A stretch of DNA of 62,440 nt, counting the filler, from Globobulimina sp. (lineage: Eukaryota), in assembly GCA_003354225.1 (NCBI GenBank). It is 27 parts of 27 records of this genome, joined end to end, with 100 filler letters (N's around TTAATTAATTAA, not from the genome) between each part and the next. Parts side by side here need not be neighbours in the genome. Positions count along the whole stretch, not along the records: positions 11,591 to 13,808 come from PIVH01008130.1; positions 13,909 to 16,125 come from PIVH01008131.1; positions 16,226 to 18,442 come from PIVH01008132.1; positions 18,543 to 20,759 come from PIVH01008133.1; positions 20,860 to 23,076 come from PIVH01008134.1; positions 23,177 to 25,393 come from PIVH01008135.1; 21 more parts are not named here. The stretch is one strand, 5' to 3'. Position 1 is the first letter of the stretch. Every line of letters starts with the position of its first letter. Positions 12,032 through 24,835 of this stretch are shown in pieces. Below the pieces are notes generated by a model. That model worked only from the letters and a program-made list of their open reading frames with translations. It was not told the origin of the DNA and searched no databases. The position numbers and the translations under genes were made by a program.

Positions 12032-13760
12032 ATGTCTTCCTTAAACAATGACGACTGCGCTGAAGACCCAATCATCAAAGAAATCCCAGTCTTTTTAAGT
12101 CAAAAGGCATCTGAAGACATTCGTTTATTACAATATCCCATCCGTACAGCAAACCGCTCATTAGATCAAGATGAAGTATGTTGTTTTATTAATTCTTACT
12201 ATATTTATTTTCATTTTAATTAATCATCCAAACAAACAGCGTGATTTGGGCCAAGTCCGTGACGTTCAATACGATGTCGAACACAACAAACTGTCATTAA
12301 AATATTATCTAAACACAGATTCCCAGCGTTATATGAACGAGGAAGAAGACGGCGAATTGATGCATATCAGCTTCACCTCCAAATCAGTCAAACAACACAC
12401 AAATTATTGCGTTGCTATTATGCGCAACGACGAGTTCCATATCAATCCAATTCAATCCATCTACCAAATGCGCACAGATTTCAATCATTGTAATCCGAAC
12501 CTGACCATCGACGACGACAACGATGCCAACTTAAACCAAACAAACCTAAACATTGTAAACTGTCAAATCATTCATGACACTGACAATGATGACTTATATT
12601 ATAACCAAGAAAAGCAACATCAAACTCGTCAATTTATCACCGAAAAACAGTCGTTTTTGCACAAATGTTTAAGCAATGACGAAAAAAAAAGCGATGAGAA
12701 ATATGATGGTTTGGCAGATATTCCACCGGGAATCACCCGGCAAAATGCATTAAAATTACCATTGAAACAGTCAGTTTTTTATTATTTGCGCGAATGCATT
12801 GTATTGAAAGCTTCGCAAATATTTGAACAATTAAATTGTGGCACTGCGGACAAACAAGTCATTGCATTGCAACTGTTGTCAAAGTATGCATGGTTTGTGA
12901 ATGGACGCTTTATTGTAAAACATGCTTTTTTAAGGGATCCCTCTTTGAAATATCACAAAGAAGAATGGAATTTATTGCTTGCGCTGTTTTATAATTTGGG
13001 AGGCCTTCGGAAGAAGCAATTTATTGATGAGATTGGTGGGAGTGAGCAGATCGAGTATGAGCTCGTGGAGAAAATGTTTAATTTGCTATCAGTGCCACAT
13101 CAGTCTGCTGCAAAGAAAGTGGTTTGGTGCTTGAAACACGATAACGGTGACTGTGACATGTTGGACACTCAATTTTTTGAGCTTCACAAGAAAGCAAATG
13201 AAAGTATGAAGGCATTGGCTGCTAAGAACCCGGTCCATATTCATATTAATAGTAAACAGCAGTTTGTTGGCAATGATAAGGAGGAATTGGAGGAGAATGA
13301 TCCGCGGCAAACAGACAAATATGGGGCGTGCAAAAAGTTTTTGATACAGAAATTAAGAAAACAGAAGGTTTTATTGCGAGAATGTGTGGTGCAGTTAGTA
13401 GCAAAATATGGGAAGAATTATTCTGTTTTATCAGAAATGCCAAATGAAATATTGGATATGGTGCGGGATGATTTTTGTTGGATTATTCACGATGACAGGT
13501 ATTGTTTGAAAGAGATTGAGGAATTTGAAGATATGAAGCAATATAATCAGCACAGGAAAGCAATCATTGATTGGTTTAATAAAAGAAATAAAACAGAGAT
13601 TAAGAAGTCGACGGCGTACAAGCAATGGAAGAAATTAATAAAACCCGATGAAGAGACGTATGAAATAATTGTTGCGTCTCTTTGTGAGTGGAACGATCGG
13701 AAAAAAGTTTGGTGTTTAAAAAGTGGAACGCGAACGTACAAAAAAAAGAAATATTACTGA
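12032..13760 (+). CDS. RPC5: RNA polymerase III subunit RPC5 (Sin_N-like; intron 12176-12239)
   Basis: N-terminal EDPIIKEIPVFLSQ...LLQYPIR and TNYCVA...EFHINPIQSIYQMRTDFNH motifs. Confidence 0.8.
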
Positions 13761-13908
13761 AATCCTACAAAAAAAATAAACAAACATGTTTTAAGTATTT
13801 GCTTTGGANNNNNNNNNNNNNNNNNNNNNNNNNNNNNNNNNNNNNNNNNNNNTTAATTAATTAANNNNNNNNNNNNNNNNNNNNNNNNNNNNNNNNNNNN
13901 NNNNNNNN

Positions 13909-14194
13909 TATATAATGATGCAAAGGAAACACATTGTTGAACATCAGAATGAGTTTTTATTAAAATTATAAATGATGGATAGGTGATTCTGTAATTATTT
14001 TGGACTGTTTCTGCCAAATTAATATATCGTGGGTCAGACATATTTTGTAACACCAATGTTCCAGCCAACTGTTTGGAGAATGCATCAATCTCTGATTGAG
14101 TTGGCCAACATGCATCTGATGGTTGACAGTATGGCAATTTACAATGAACCACAATGAGAGTGGCAACGATACACAAAAACGTTAACAAAAGCAT
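13909..14194 (-). CDS. Secreted FAD-linked oxidoreductase (berberine-bridge-like), N-terminal fragment
   Basis: Signal peptide, then CQPSDACWPT...L.G.L and YPSFIIL...HSDVQQCVSFA, typical of the start of the FAD-binding domain. Confidence 0.7.
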
Positions 14195-14368
14195 GATCTC
14201 GTACTGTTACTTGGAGCTAGTTGTGCACTAAGAAACGAGTAAAAAAATACCCACATTTGTAAATTATTAAAATTACCACCCATTCAAAAATTCAAGTTTT
14301 TGTGAAACAATTTATAACAGAGTCTGACATTAAACACCATTAAATATACTTAAAAAGCTAAAAACAAA

Positions 14369-16125
14369 TCATTTAATATCATCATCTTCATCAGATCCAA
14401 TCATAGCATCGTCCGCATCCTCATCTTTCCGTTTCTTTTTCTTTTTACTTTTATGTTTATTCCTATTCCTATTCCTATTTTGTTTGAGATCATCATCTTC
14501 TTCCTCCCCCGAGCCATCCGATAAGCTCATCTCCGTAATCTCGGCAAAGGCATCATCGTCTCCTTCATCATCCTCCTCCAACATGACTTTATCATCATTC
14601 ATGTTGTAATCCTCATCATCCTCGTCATCATCATTTAAGTTGATATCATTACCAAAATTCAAGTTGACATTGGCCGCCGACGGCTTTACAATCCTCGTCC
14701 GAGTGCGCCGCGACGACGACGACATGGTATTACTTAGTCGCGACTCATGAGTCGCTTTGTTCAGAATTTGAATATTCGGCTTCTTCAAGAAATACCGCAT
14801 CAAATTGCCATACTCCGAGCGACCAATCCCCGTAAAAATCAATGGCTGGTCTTTCTTCTTTAAATGCAACGAGATATCAAACATTTTGATATTATGCGAC
14901 TGCTCCATTCGTAAGATCTCAATGTACGAAATGTCGGCATGCCGTATATACGACACTGGCTTCCAAATAAAAAAAATAGATTTCTCCAATGGATACAATA
15001 AGCCCTGGTTCGCTCCCAACGAACAAGAAACGCATTTATAGCCATCTGCCGACTCGAACTTGCGCGCTGCGATGATTTTAATCTTGGACAATGCCATGAA
15101 AACACGCGACAAAACGTCGTATGTGGGCCCGCTCATATTCTTGTTCAAGATTTGTTTGCCGTCCTTGGACGCGTACTCATTGCGCAGCTGTTCCTTGCTC
15201 GCATTTATTTTGGTTTCGCAGATCTCGTCTTCCGGGAACTCCATAATCAAATAGCCATAGGTTTGGTATCCCTGCCGTATGCCCGGCGATAAGTGTACCT
15301 TTACAAAACAGCAAAATATAAAATGCTGCGTAAGGATATAAAATGGAGCAAACCAGAAATGCGACTTTTTCGCCGGGCTGTTCAAACACAAATAGTCGAC
15401 GGATTTGTTTGTATGTGATGCGGTACGCAAACGTATCCGTTCTGAATAGGAAGTGGTTGGGATAGAAATAAATCTCTTTGTTGCCGCGCGGAATGCGGAA
15501 GATAATGTTTTTGAACCATGCGATGATTTGAGCCTTATCGTTTTCTAATTTTGCTTTTTTCATTAAGGTTTCATGGAATTCCTTGTAAGCGGCGCCTTCT
15601 TCGTCGTCGGGGATAAATATTCGCATTTCGCATAATTGATCGCCGCAGGATTTGTCCGACGTGGTTCGGAACCGCCGGTTGGGACTGTTTTCTTTGCCTT
15701 CTTTCTCGTTGTTATTGGTCTTGAATTCTAAGGATATTTCATTTTTGCCCTGGATCACAGACTGAGAGATGGTGTTGTATGGAACGGTAAAAATAATGTG
15801 TTTTTGCTCCGTTCTGCAGACCATATCTTGTCCGCGCAATACAAATTTGCCCCAGCTTTGTCCGGATAAATTCACCATTTTCGGATTTAAATGTTTGCCT
15901 AAATGTTGGTGACACATTTTATCAATCTCGATTTCATCGTCGTTGCCAAAACCTATAAATCGAACCCACTCTTTTTGCTTGTTTGTGAATGTGATGCGCA
16001 TTAATTTCTTTTTTTTATCGATGTTCAACCATTCAATGTTTTTTATTTCCGATGCGTTGATTGTGATGGTTTTAGTGCCTGGACTTCGTTCTTTCCATTC
16101 TAATTTTTGTTGGCTTATTGTTATC
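14369..16125 (-). CDS. SSRP1: FACT complex subunit SSRP1/Pob3, 5' partial (intron 15353-15299)
   Basis: SGQSWG, KNEISLEF, LCEMRIFIP, IPRG, IRQGYQTY and GLLYPLEKSIFFIWKP motifs; acidic tail. The intron joins the two ORFs in phase. Confidence 0.93.
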
Positions 16126-16225
16126 NNNNNNNNNNNNNNNNNNNNNNNNNNNNNNNNNNNNNNNNNNNNTTAATTAATTAANNNNNNNNNNNNNNNNNNN
16201 NNNNNNNNNNNNNNNNNNNNNNNNN

Positions 16226-18442
16226 ATCATTCTCAGAGACTTGTCCAAATGTCGCATCTCGCAAACAGGCAATCGCAATCCGAGCATGATGTATATCCAA
16301 ACCAGGTTCTTTCATCGACAAATTCCACTCCAACTGTCCAAATAAAAGTTTTAAGTTCACCTTCTCACAAAACTCAACCAAAAAATCCGCCACACCTTGA
16401 ATATCTCCATAATTGTCATTATCATTATAGTTGGGCCCTTTTAATAGCTCGTAAATGGGCTCCGGCAACATAGCCAATTGCTGCTTCAACTCATCAATGC
16501 TCAAATTCACAAAGTATGCAATGGCGTCATCCGTTTCGGCCACATCGGTGGGAGAGATCCCGCGGAACTTCGCAATCATTAATCTCGCCCTGTTCTCGTC
16601 AGTGCGCGCATAGCCATCCTGTCCAATGGGGCACATTTGATAAAAGGTCTCGACTGGCACTCGGTTCAGAAACTCACTCAAAATATCCACATTGTTCTGT
16701 TTGATGGGCTGCATTTCGACCTGTTGTGGTGGCGGGTTATAGCCACCATACCCTCCCATTTGTTGTTGCTGTTGTTGCGGTCCGCCGTATCCCATTTGCT
16801 GTGGCTGTTGCTGCTGGCCGCCATATCCCATTTGTGGCTGTTGGCCATAGCCCATATTCATGGCGGCATTGGTGCCCATCCCGCCCTCTATAAAGGCGCC
16901 CGTCGACATGCCCGTACCTTCGGTGCCGCCGCCTTCGCCGCCGCCGCCCGGGTTAGACTCCCGAAATTGCGCTTGCATTTGCTGGATGGGGATCATATTC
17001 TGCTGCTGCATGGCGGCGATGCGCGACATATAAATCATCATTTGGCTCTGTATATATTGCTTGCGTTGGATCGGATTCATGTTCATCAAAATGGCCTGCT
17101 GCTGCGGGTTGGTCATCATCATTTGCATAAACTGCTGCTGATAAAACAACTGTTGTTGGTACATTTGATACTGCAAACTCTGCGGATCCATGCCACTGAA
17201 TTGCTGCTGTTGCTGTTGCATTTGTTGCTGGCGGAGATTTTGCTGCTGCTGCTGTTGCATTTGATAGCCGTTGAAATTATTACTCGCAGCAAAGGCATTC
17301 GCGTTGGCGTTGGCATTGCCGTTGGGATCATCCACACTCGTTTCGGGTATCAATTTCTGCGCTAAATTGCTCTTTGTATTCAAACCTGTATTGACATTGC
17401 CACCAATGCCCGCACTCTCTGCATTGGCGCGCGCATTGATGGACTGATTCGACTCATCCACTGACTGTGGCACCTTATGAGCATTCATATTCATATTCGA
17501 TTCGTGACTAATCTTCTCCTTAAAGGGGAATATTTTGCGTTTCCAAGCCACTACGAAATACATTATACAACAAATAAGCACCACACCACACACAATCAAT
17601 ATAAATAGCCATATCTGCAGACCTAATATGGTATCATCCGCAACAGCATACGGATAAATGTCTAATATATCAACCACGACCGCACTCTCTGCGTTTTCAT
17701 TCGCAATCTGCCCGCCATACGCAACCGGCAATTGATACGCTTCAATGTATTTAAACCCAATCCTGTAGCCGGAGTTATATTTATCCGGTCGTATGAATCC
17801 GAGTGATATATTATTGACATCTCCATCGGTGGTACGGTTCAAATCGTGCGCAGCCGTCATATTAAAATCGTTACATAACTCATCAATAATGGTAATCTTG
17901 CCGCTGTCCACATAGATCATCACATCTTGCGTGCCATACTCGTTCCAATTACAATAGTCCTCACCCGACGCGGTCTTCTTTTGCACGCCAGTTTCGTAGA
18001 TATTATCCCCGCTATATATCAGCCTCACTTTTTTCTTGCCATCCCACACAATCTGAACCACGCCGCTTTGCATCCCCTCGACATAGCCATCCATCCTCCC
18101 ACCAATACTTACAAAATGAGCATATTCCCCTTTGCTCCAATCATCGCCATCACCGCGTTCAGGCCGATACAGTCCTACTTTTATCACAAACGGGATGGTA
18201 AACTGAAATAACTCATCATTGGCAATCACCACATCGCCCGGTGCTAATAATAACGCATTATTTGCCTCGGCCACTGTGGATAAATCCGCATCCCATATAT
18301 GTGTCATTAAGCCATCGAAATCGCTGTAAAATTGTGCATATTGCATGCTATGGAAGCGGCCTACAATGGTCTGATTGATCTTATCTTTCAAATCTTGATC
18401 CTCGCTCTCGCCATAACTACCAAACCATAAATAAGCATCCTC
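16226..18442 (-). CDS. Single-pass membrane protein with Gln/Met/Gly-rich cytoplasmic region, partial at both ends
   Basis: Frame of >730 codons; hydrophobic IWLFILIVCGVVLICCIMYFVVAW followed by KRK; poly-Q and QMGYG repeats. Confidence 0.75.
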
Positions 18443-19205
18443 NNNNNNNNNNNNNNNNNNNNNNNNNNNNNNNNNNNNNNNNNNNNTTAATTAATTAANN
18501 NNNNNNNNNNNNNNNNNNNNNNNNNNNNNNNNNNNNNNNNNNTTTTAACAGTATTTAGTGTGGTTATAGCTGTCTCTTTTGCACCCGTGAACCGAGTTCT
18601 AGAGGTTCCAGCTAGGCAGTAACAAATCACATTATCATACTCGTTACTGTTACAGATGGTAATTGGTTGGGTTACTGTACGCCCAAAGAGGTAATGACAA
18701 ATTCATGCACCATTGTTTGTGACTGTTGCTTTTTATCTTGTTGGGGCGCTGAATTGATGGCATTGCGGTGGCCCAAGGAGCATGGATTAGCCTGTGCCAA
18801 ATTAAATAAGTTGTTTTCAGACCATAAATTGTAAAAGATACTCAGGAAATCATGAACTATGGATGCCATGCCACAATTGAAAACCGGATCCTGATCCAGC
18901 ACGAAAATTTAAGGATAAAAGCAGGCAGTTTCAAAATGTTTTAGGTTTAAAACAAATAGATTAATAAACGCTATGAAGGCTACTTCTTATTGTATGGCAT
19001 AGTACTGTTTATATATTTTGAGATAAATGTACATAATATTCGCTCTGATCAATGTGCATATAATTTGTAAATAGTAATGCAATCCCAGTTTATATATATC
19101 ATGGAAAGAAAACCTTGCCCAAAAAAGTATTAGGTATCACAAATCTATGTAATGTCAATGGTTGAGGTAAGAAGCTAGAGTAAAAAAGAGGGCCATACAG
19201 ATGCG

Positions 19206-20759
19206 ATGTCTTGTACTCCACTAAGCTTCGCGATATCCACATACAATGCGGCAGGTTTAGGAGACGACAAAAAACGTAGAAAAGCTGGGCAATTTCTTAA
19301 ACGTTGGGGTGGAGATATTGTTTTATTACAGGAAACTCATGGATTACAGGATAATGAAATACTTTTAAAAGCTAACTTGCATTATGAAGAGGCACTGTTC
19401 AGTCATGGAAATAATAGGGCACGCGGGGTGGCCATTATGTGGAAAAAAAGACTAAACCTTAAAACAGACTGGCAGAAAACAGACAATGATGGCCGCTTGG
19501 CTGGATTAGGAGCAACAATAGAAGGGCAAAAAGTTGCCATATACTGCATTTATGCATCAAACTCAGATATTGAAAGAATAAGAAATTTTGAGCTTCTGGA
19601 ACAATGGCTAGATGAAAACAGAGAGCAAGATAGAAAAATAATAATTGGAGGGGACTTCAACGTGACTACAAACCCTGAAATGGATAGAATTGGCTCAACA
19701 GAACAATTAGGTATTACACAATCAGGGAGGCATCTTCGTTATATGACAGAAAGGAGAAGTTTGGTAGATGCTTGGAGAAGACTGAATCCACGATCTAGGC
19801 AGACAACTTGGTCAAGGCCAAATGTAACCTGTAGAACTAGACTGGACCGTTTTTATGTAGAAACTGATTTCTCTTCAGCCATAAAAGATGTTAAGATTTG
19901 TGCTAAAGGGGTGTCTGACCATAATCTAGTAAAAATGAAAATAGAAACATATAGATATGTGATTAGAGGAAAGGGCCACTTTAAAATGAATACCAGTCTG
20001 CTTAAACTACCAGATTATCAGACAAAAATGAGGGAATTATTTACGGAGGTTGAACGGGAAGTTGAAGAAGCTAGAATAACTGATAAAAGAGTTGCTTGGG
20101 ACTATCTAAAAATGCGAATAAGAGATGAAACGATGCAATATTCAAAACAATTAGCAAAAGAGCGGAAACAGCAAGAAAATAGGTTGTATGAAGAATTAAT
20201 GGATTTGGAAAAAAAGATCGATGAAACATTGTCAGATGAAGTAATAAATCAATACAGAGTTATCATACAACAATTAGATGAATTTTTAGATATCAAAGCA
20301 GCGGGTGCAGCGATTCGAGCAAAAGCCAACTGGGCAGCCTTTGGGGAAAAAAACACAAAGTATTTTTATGATTTGGAAAAACGGCAAATGACAAACACAA
20401 CAATTTGGGAATTAGCAGAAGAAAATGGAAATGTCATAACAAAATTTAGTGAAGTACAGAATACAATTGAAACATATCATAGAAGCTTATATAGAGCTAC
20501 AAATAACAATAGAGATGTACAAACAAAGGAAGCATTTCTGAATCATGGAGAAATACCAAGCATTACAGCCAGTCAACGGGAATCATTGGAACAACCTATA
20601 AGAGCCATGGAATTAAAAGATGCTTTGATGAGCATGAAAGATAATAAAACTCCTGGGAGTGATTCCATTCCCGCTGAATTTTACAAATATTTCTGGCCTG
20701 AACTTGAAAATAAAATGCTTGAGTTATTTCATGAAATAAAAAGACAAGGAAAATTAACA
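19206..20759 (+). mobile_element. Non-LTR retrotransposon ORF2 (L1/Tx1-like): APE endonuclease and start of the RT region, 3' partial
   Basis: TYNAAGL, DIVLLQETH, GVAI, IIGGDFN, DAWR, RLDRFY, SDH, GEKNTKYF and KTPGSDSIPAEFYK motifs. Confidence 0.95.
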
Positions 20760-20859
20760 NNNNNNNNNNNNNNNNNNNNNNNNNNNNNNNNNNNNNNNNN
20801 NNNTTAATTAATTAANNNNNNNNNNNNNNNNNNNNNNNNNNNNNNNNNNNNNNNNNNNN

Positions 20860-23076
20860 TGGTTGTCAGATTCAGATTTATGGTTTGTGATTAATGATTT
20901 ATCGAATTCTGTGTTCTATATTATTTATGTTATTTTTTTGATAACAAGTGATGTGATGAACATATCATATCCAATTTACTTTAATATTTTGTTAATATTA
21001 GTAATTCTGGGCATATCTGAATTGAATTTATAAACGTCAGAATCGCAAGCACAAGACTGTGATACGTACAATTTTCTTTCCTGTCCTTGCGGACAAACCA
21101 AATTGGTCAACCGGGAAAGAAAAAAGACCTCACTTCACAGCAAAGCACCCAAAAAAGAAACAAAAAATAAAAACAACAAAGCAAAAAGAAATAAAATAAA
21201 GCACCAATACATCCAGATCACAATCTGAGCAACACCGAGGATAGGACAATAACCTAAACAAAGGTGAGTATAGCCCAAATCAGGCAGGAAGCACAGTACC
21301 AGACCATTCGTAGCAAACCGAGGTAACAAGAAAAGCAACATCCAGGCAATAAAAGAGCAATGAGCACCAGATGTAAGATGCAAGATCCATACCTAAGGTA
21401 ACAATGTCTCCAATATACTGATATAAGAGGGAGATGCAATACCATCTCCCAATAATAGATCCTAATATAAAATAATACCATTTTTGATTGTTTCATGGTT
21501 TATTTACTTAGTCATGGATCAGATGACGAGATGTCAATTATTTAAATTCAGGAAAATTAAATAATGCAGGATAAGATATACCAAATAGAGATCATTAATA
21601 AATATCCAGGAATAAGAAAGTTGACAGTTTTACCATAGTGACAATAGGATAGAAGATTCATGGGAAACAAAACTAATACATAACAGAAACATTCCAGGAT
21701 GTATATACATATCGACCAAGAAAAACATATTTACAAATTTAATACAAGATCCAAATAGATACATGAACCATAGGATTATTGCAGAAGGTAAGCATAAACC
21801 ATCACGATCATTACAAAATAAGGTGAATAATACCAATAGTACCAAAGAGCAATAAGAATAACGAGCGTCAACAATGAAGACAATGGCACAGGATAAGTGA
21901 GGAGGTGATGTCCTACATCAGAAAGACATCCCCCGAATAAATGTAGCTTTGTCACGATGAAAGAAAGGTACAAAGTGATCATAATAAAGAAGTATATAAA
22001 TCCTAGCGCCATATCACCAAAGTAATAATCACAGAAGCAGTAACTTAAGTAATTGTAAAGGAAAGATATAATCATGGGAAACAAATATACATTCCGACGA
22101 AATAGCCCACAAAGGCAATTAATAAAATTTGCAATACCCGAGGCAATTAATAAAAAGATGCATATGATAGAGACCAAGGATAAAATAATGTAAATAGCAG
22201 AATCCAAAGTAACCAATAATAAGGACGAAATGACAGAAATAGCAGAATCCAAAGTAATAACAGAAATAACCCAACAGTAACCAATAATAAGGACGAAATG
22301 ACAAGCAATACTACCAATAATAAGGACGAAAAACAGAGAGAGCAATGGTACATAAAAAGAAATGAAGGGGACATCCTATAAAAAGACATCCCCCGAAAAA
22401 TGTGTTTTTTTACAGTGCTCGCAAGGAACAAAGTAAATAGAATGGAGGAAAACAGTGACCTTGTCTTCCAATTACCAAAGTAATAACTCCATGAACTAAT
22501 ACTTGACGCCTGGCGAAAATAGAATAGAATCATGGGAAACAGGATTCGTTACCGAAAGACCAAGGTGATGAGAAATAGGATAGGAAATAACCGAGATGTA
22601 AAATAATGCATTTGCGAATGATACAGTGGGGGTGTATGACTAGTACCACCCCCTATGGTATTATGAGAAACGCAAAAACGAATTAATGTTGCGTTTATAT
22701 TGATAAGGAGACAAATATGTCGTACCAACTGTAATAATGATATAACCAAGCAGTACTAATTATAGACCAATCGTACTGAGCCCACACATCGGAGAAAGAT
22801 ACCAAAAGGCAATGCCATGAATTGAGGCTTAAAATTATTATCAGAGACCCAAATACCAAATAACTAATGGCAAAAACAACAGCAGGACAGGAGAGAAACC
22901 GTAAAATATGGATAGCACAGCCAACATCCAGGTCATGGGAGAATAGGATTGACGGGAGAATAATTCATGGTTGTCAGATTCAGATTTATGGTTTGTGATT
23001 AATGATTTATCGAATTCTGTGTTCTATATTATTTATGTTATTTTTTTGATAACAAGTGATGTGATGAACATATCAT
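20860..23076. other. Probable circular (or tandem-unit) contig, 2108-bp unit, exact 109-bp terminal direct repeat
   Basis: 20860-20968 is identical to 22968-23076. The + strand is strongly A-rich and T-poor; no recognisable gene. Confidence 0.8.
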
Positions 23077-23915
23077 NNNNNNNNNNNNNNNNNNNNNNNN
23101 NNNNNNNNNNNNNNNNNNNNTTAATTAATTAANNNNNNNNNNNNNNNNNNNNNNNNNNNNNNNNNNNNNNNNNNNNATTTATGATTGGTGGTATTTGCCA
23201 ACAACAGTTTAATAATTTATTATTTATATTCTTTATTACAGTATGATTGGTTGCAAATTGAATGGTATTAAACTCAGTCAATAACACTTTATCGATATCT
23301 TTATTATTCATATCAATTTTCTTTGTCTGCAAAAAGCTGTGTTGGTCAACTGCTGGTTGTCTGCCTTTGTTTGATGTAAGGTACATGTTTGTAAAGTTTT
23401 TAATACACTCTAAAAAAAATATACATTATACTCTCGATACTTAGTTGCGAAGAATTAATCAATACATTTGAAGGCAATAAACAATTCAATTATGCCATCA
23501 CTACATTCTCATATTCATTACAATGTTTAATAGATTGGGTTTATAATGCAATTCGATCTCCAGCTAAAATTTATGACTGTGGCGCCAATTATTGTTTCGT
23601 GGCATAGCTTCGTTTCAAATTATAAATCGGAAACATATTTATGATTATCAGCTTGATAGATATCAACATTTAAGTATTGCACAACAAGCCAAATTATTTA
23701 AGTGTTTCGATAAATTTATGCATGATGATGAGTTTGATATTTTTAATGCAACAACACCAACAATTCCTTTTTTATTTGATGACATTGCACAAACAGCAAC
23801 AGCAAAAATGCTAATGATGTTTCTGAATTTAATTTGGATGAAATGAGACTTTTTGAAAACTGAATATTTGTAATTTTATAAAAAGATGTTTAGTCGTTAA
23901 CAAATTCTAAATACA

Positions 23916-24299
23916 CTATGAAACACAAGATTTATGCGCCATTCCAAACGCAAATCCAATAATAATCGCAATTAATTCATTTGGAAATTCAATATTTGTG
24001 TTATTTATAAGTTCTTTGCGTGTTTGTATAATTCTTTGTGCTCTGCCATGCATTCCCTCTGCAATCATCCCGTTGCATAAAGCCTCAAATCGTTGCTTTT
24101 CAGCTTCGGAATTGTAGTTTCTTGCTTTATGTGCATCAGTTACCAATCTCTTAAATTCATTTTGTTGAATTCTCTCTGGAATCATGTATGATGATATAAC
24201 ATTTAATGCGCTTAATTTCATCAATTGCGACGACCATTTTATAATTGAAAACAAGTTATATTTGAAAAATTCCCTCGTCCAATAATCTGTTTCTATCAA
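23916..24299 (-). CDS. Hypothetical protein (possibly a last exon or gene remnant)
   Basis: 127-codon ORF ending in FPNELIAIIIGFA; no clear family. Confidence 0.35.
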   Translation of the reverse strand: MIETDYWTREFFKYNLFSIIKWSSQLMKLSALNVISSYMIPERIQQNEFKRLVTDAHKARNYNSEAEKQRFEALCNGMIAEGMHGRAQRIIQTRKELINNTNIEFPNELIAIIIGFAFGMAHKSCVS

Positions 24300-24835
24300 T
24301 TCCTGATATCACTCTGGCACAAATGGTTCAAATTTTGCAACGATAAAATTTACTTATCCCAAATCCACATTTGAACATAGCAGCTGTTCCTTTATGTATA
24401 TCAATGGATATATTTGCCAAAAAAATAACATTTGATAGACAGGTTATTGTTTGCCAGCATGATCTATGTAACCTTATTATGTACATATTTATCATTGTTA
24501 TTTGTGTTTTTGGCGTATAATGGATGAATATGTATGGCACGAGAACAAAAAATCTAAAATAGGAAAATGCCTCAAAATTATTTTAATGGAATCTGCATAT
24601 GGAACTTGTCAATATTCTTAAATTTTTAGTTCATTACAGGCATTGGAAAATTCATTTGGGAGCACGACTATTATGATGACATACATTTTTTGACAAAGTG
24701 ATTGAAAATGATAATACTAATCATTGTGTATTGAAAAATAGCAATTCCAAACGACTTGCGCCATTCTTGTGACATTCTTACTTGATTCTTCAGTGAATGA
24801 GGTTTTAAAGTGTAATCATCAACAAACGTTGGTGA

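Noticed and set aside
16637-17365. 242-aa Leu/His-rich plus-strand ORF
   Set aside because: Antisense shadow of the Gln/Met-rich coding region on the minus strand.
22625-22640. Kinetoplastid universal minicircle sequence
   Set aside because: GTGGGGGTGTA is only a partial match to GGGGTTGGTGTA, and I found no CSB-1 or CSB-2. Not enough to call.
21135-22749. Overlapping hydrophobic minus-strand ORFs as mitochondrial nad/cox genes
   Set aside because: They occur in all three frames because the strand is T-rich and A-poor, so stops are rare. No conserved respiratory-chain motif is recognisable.
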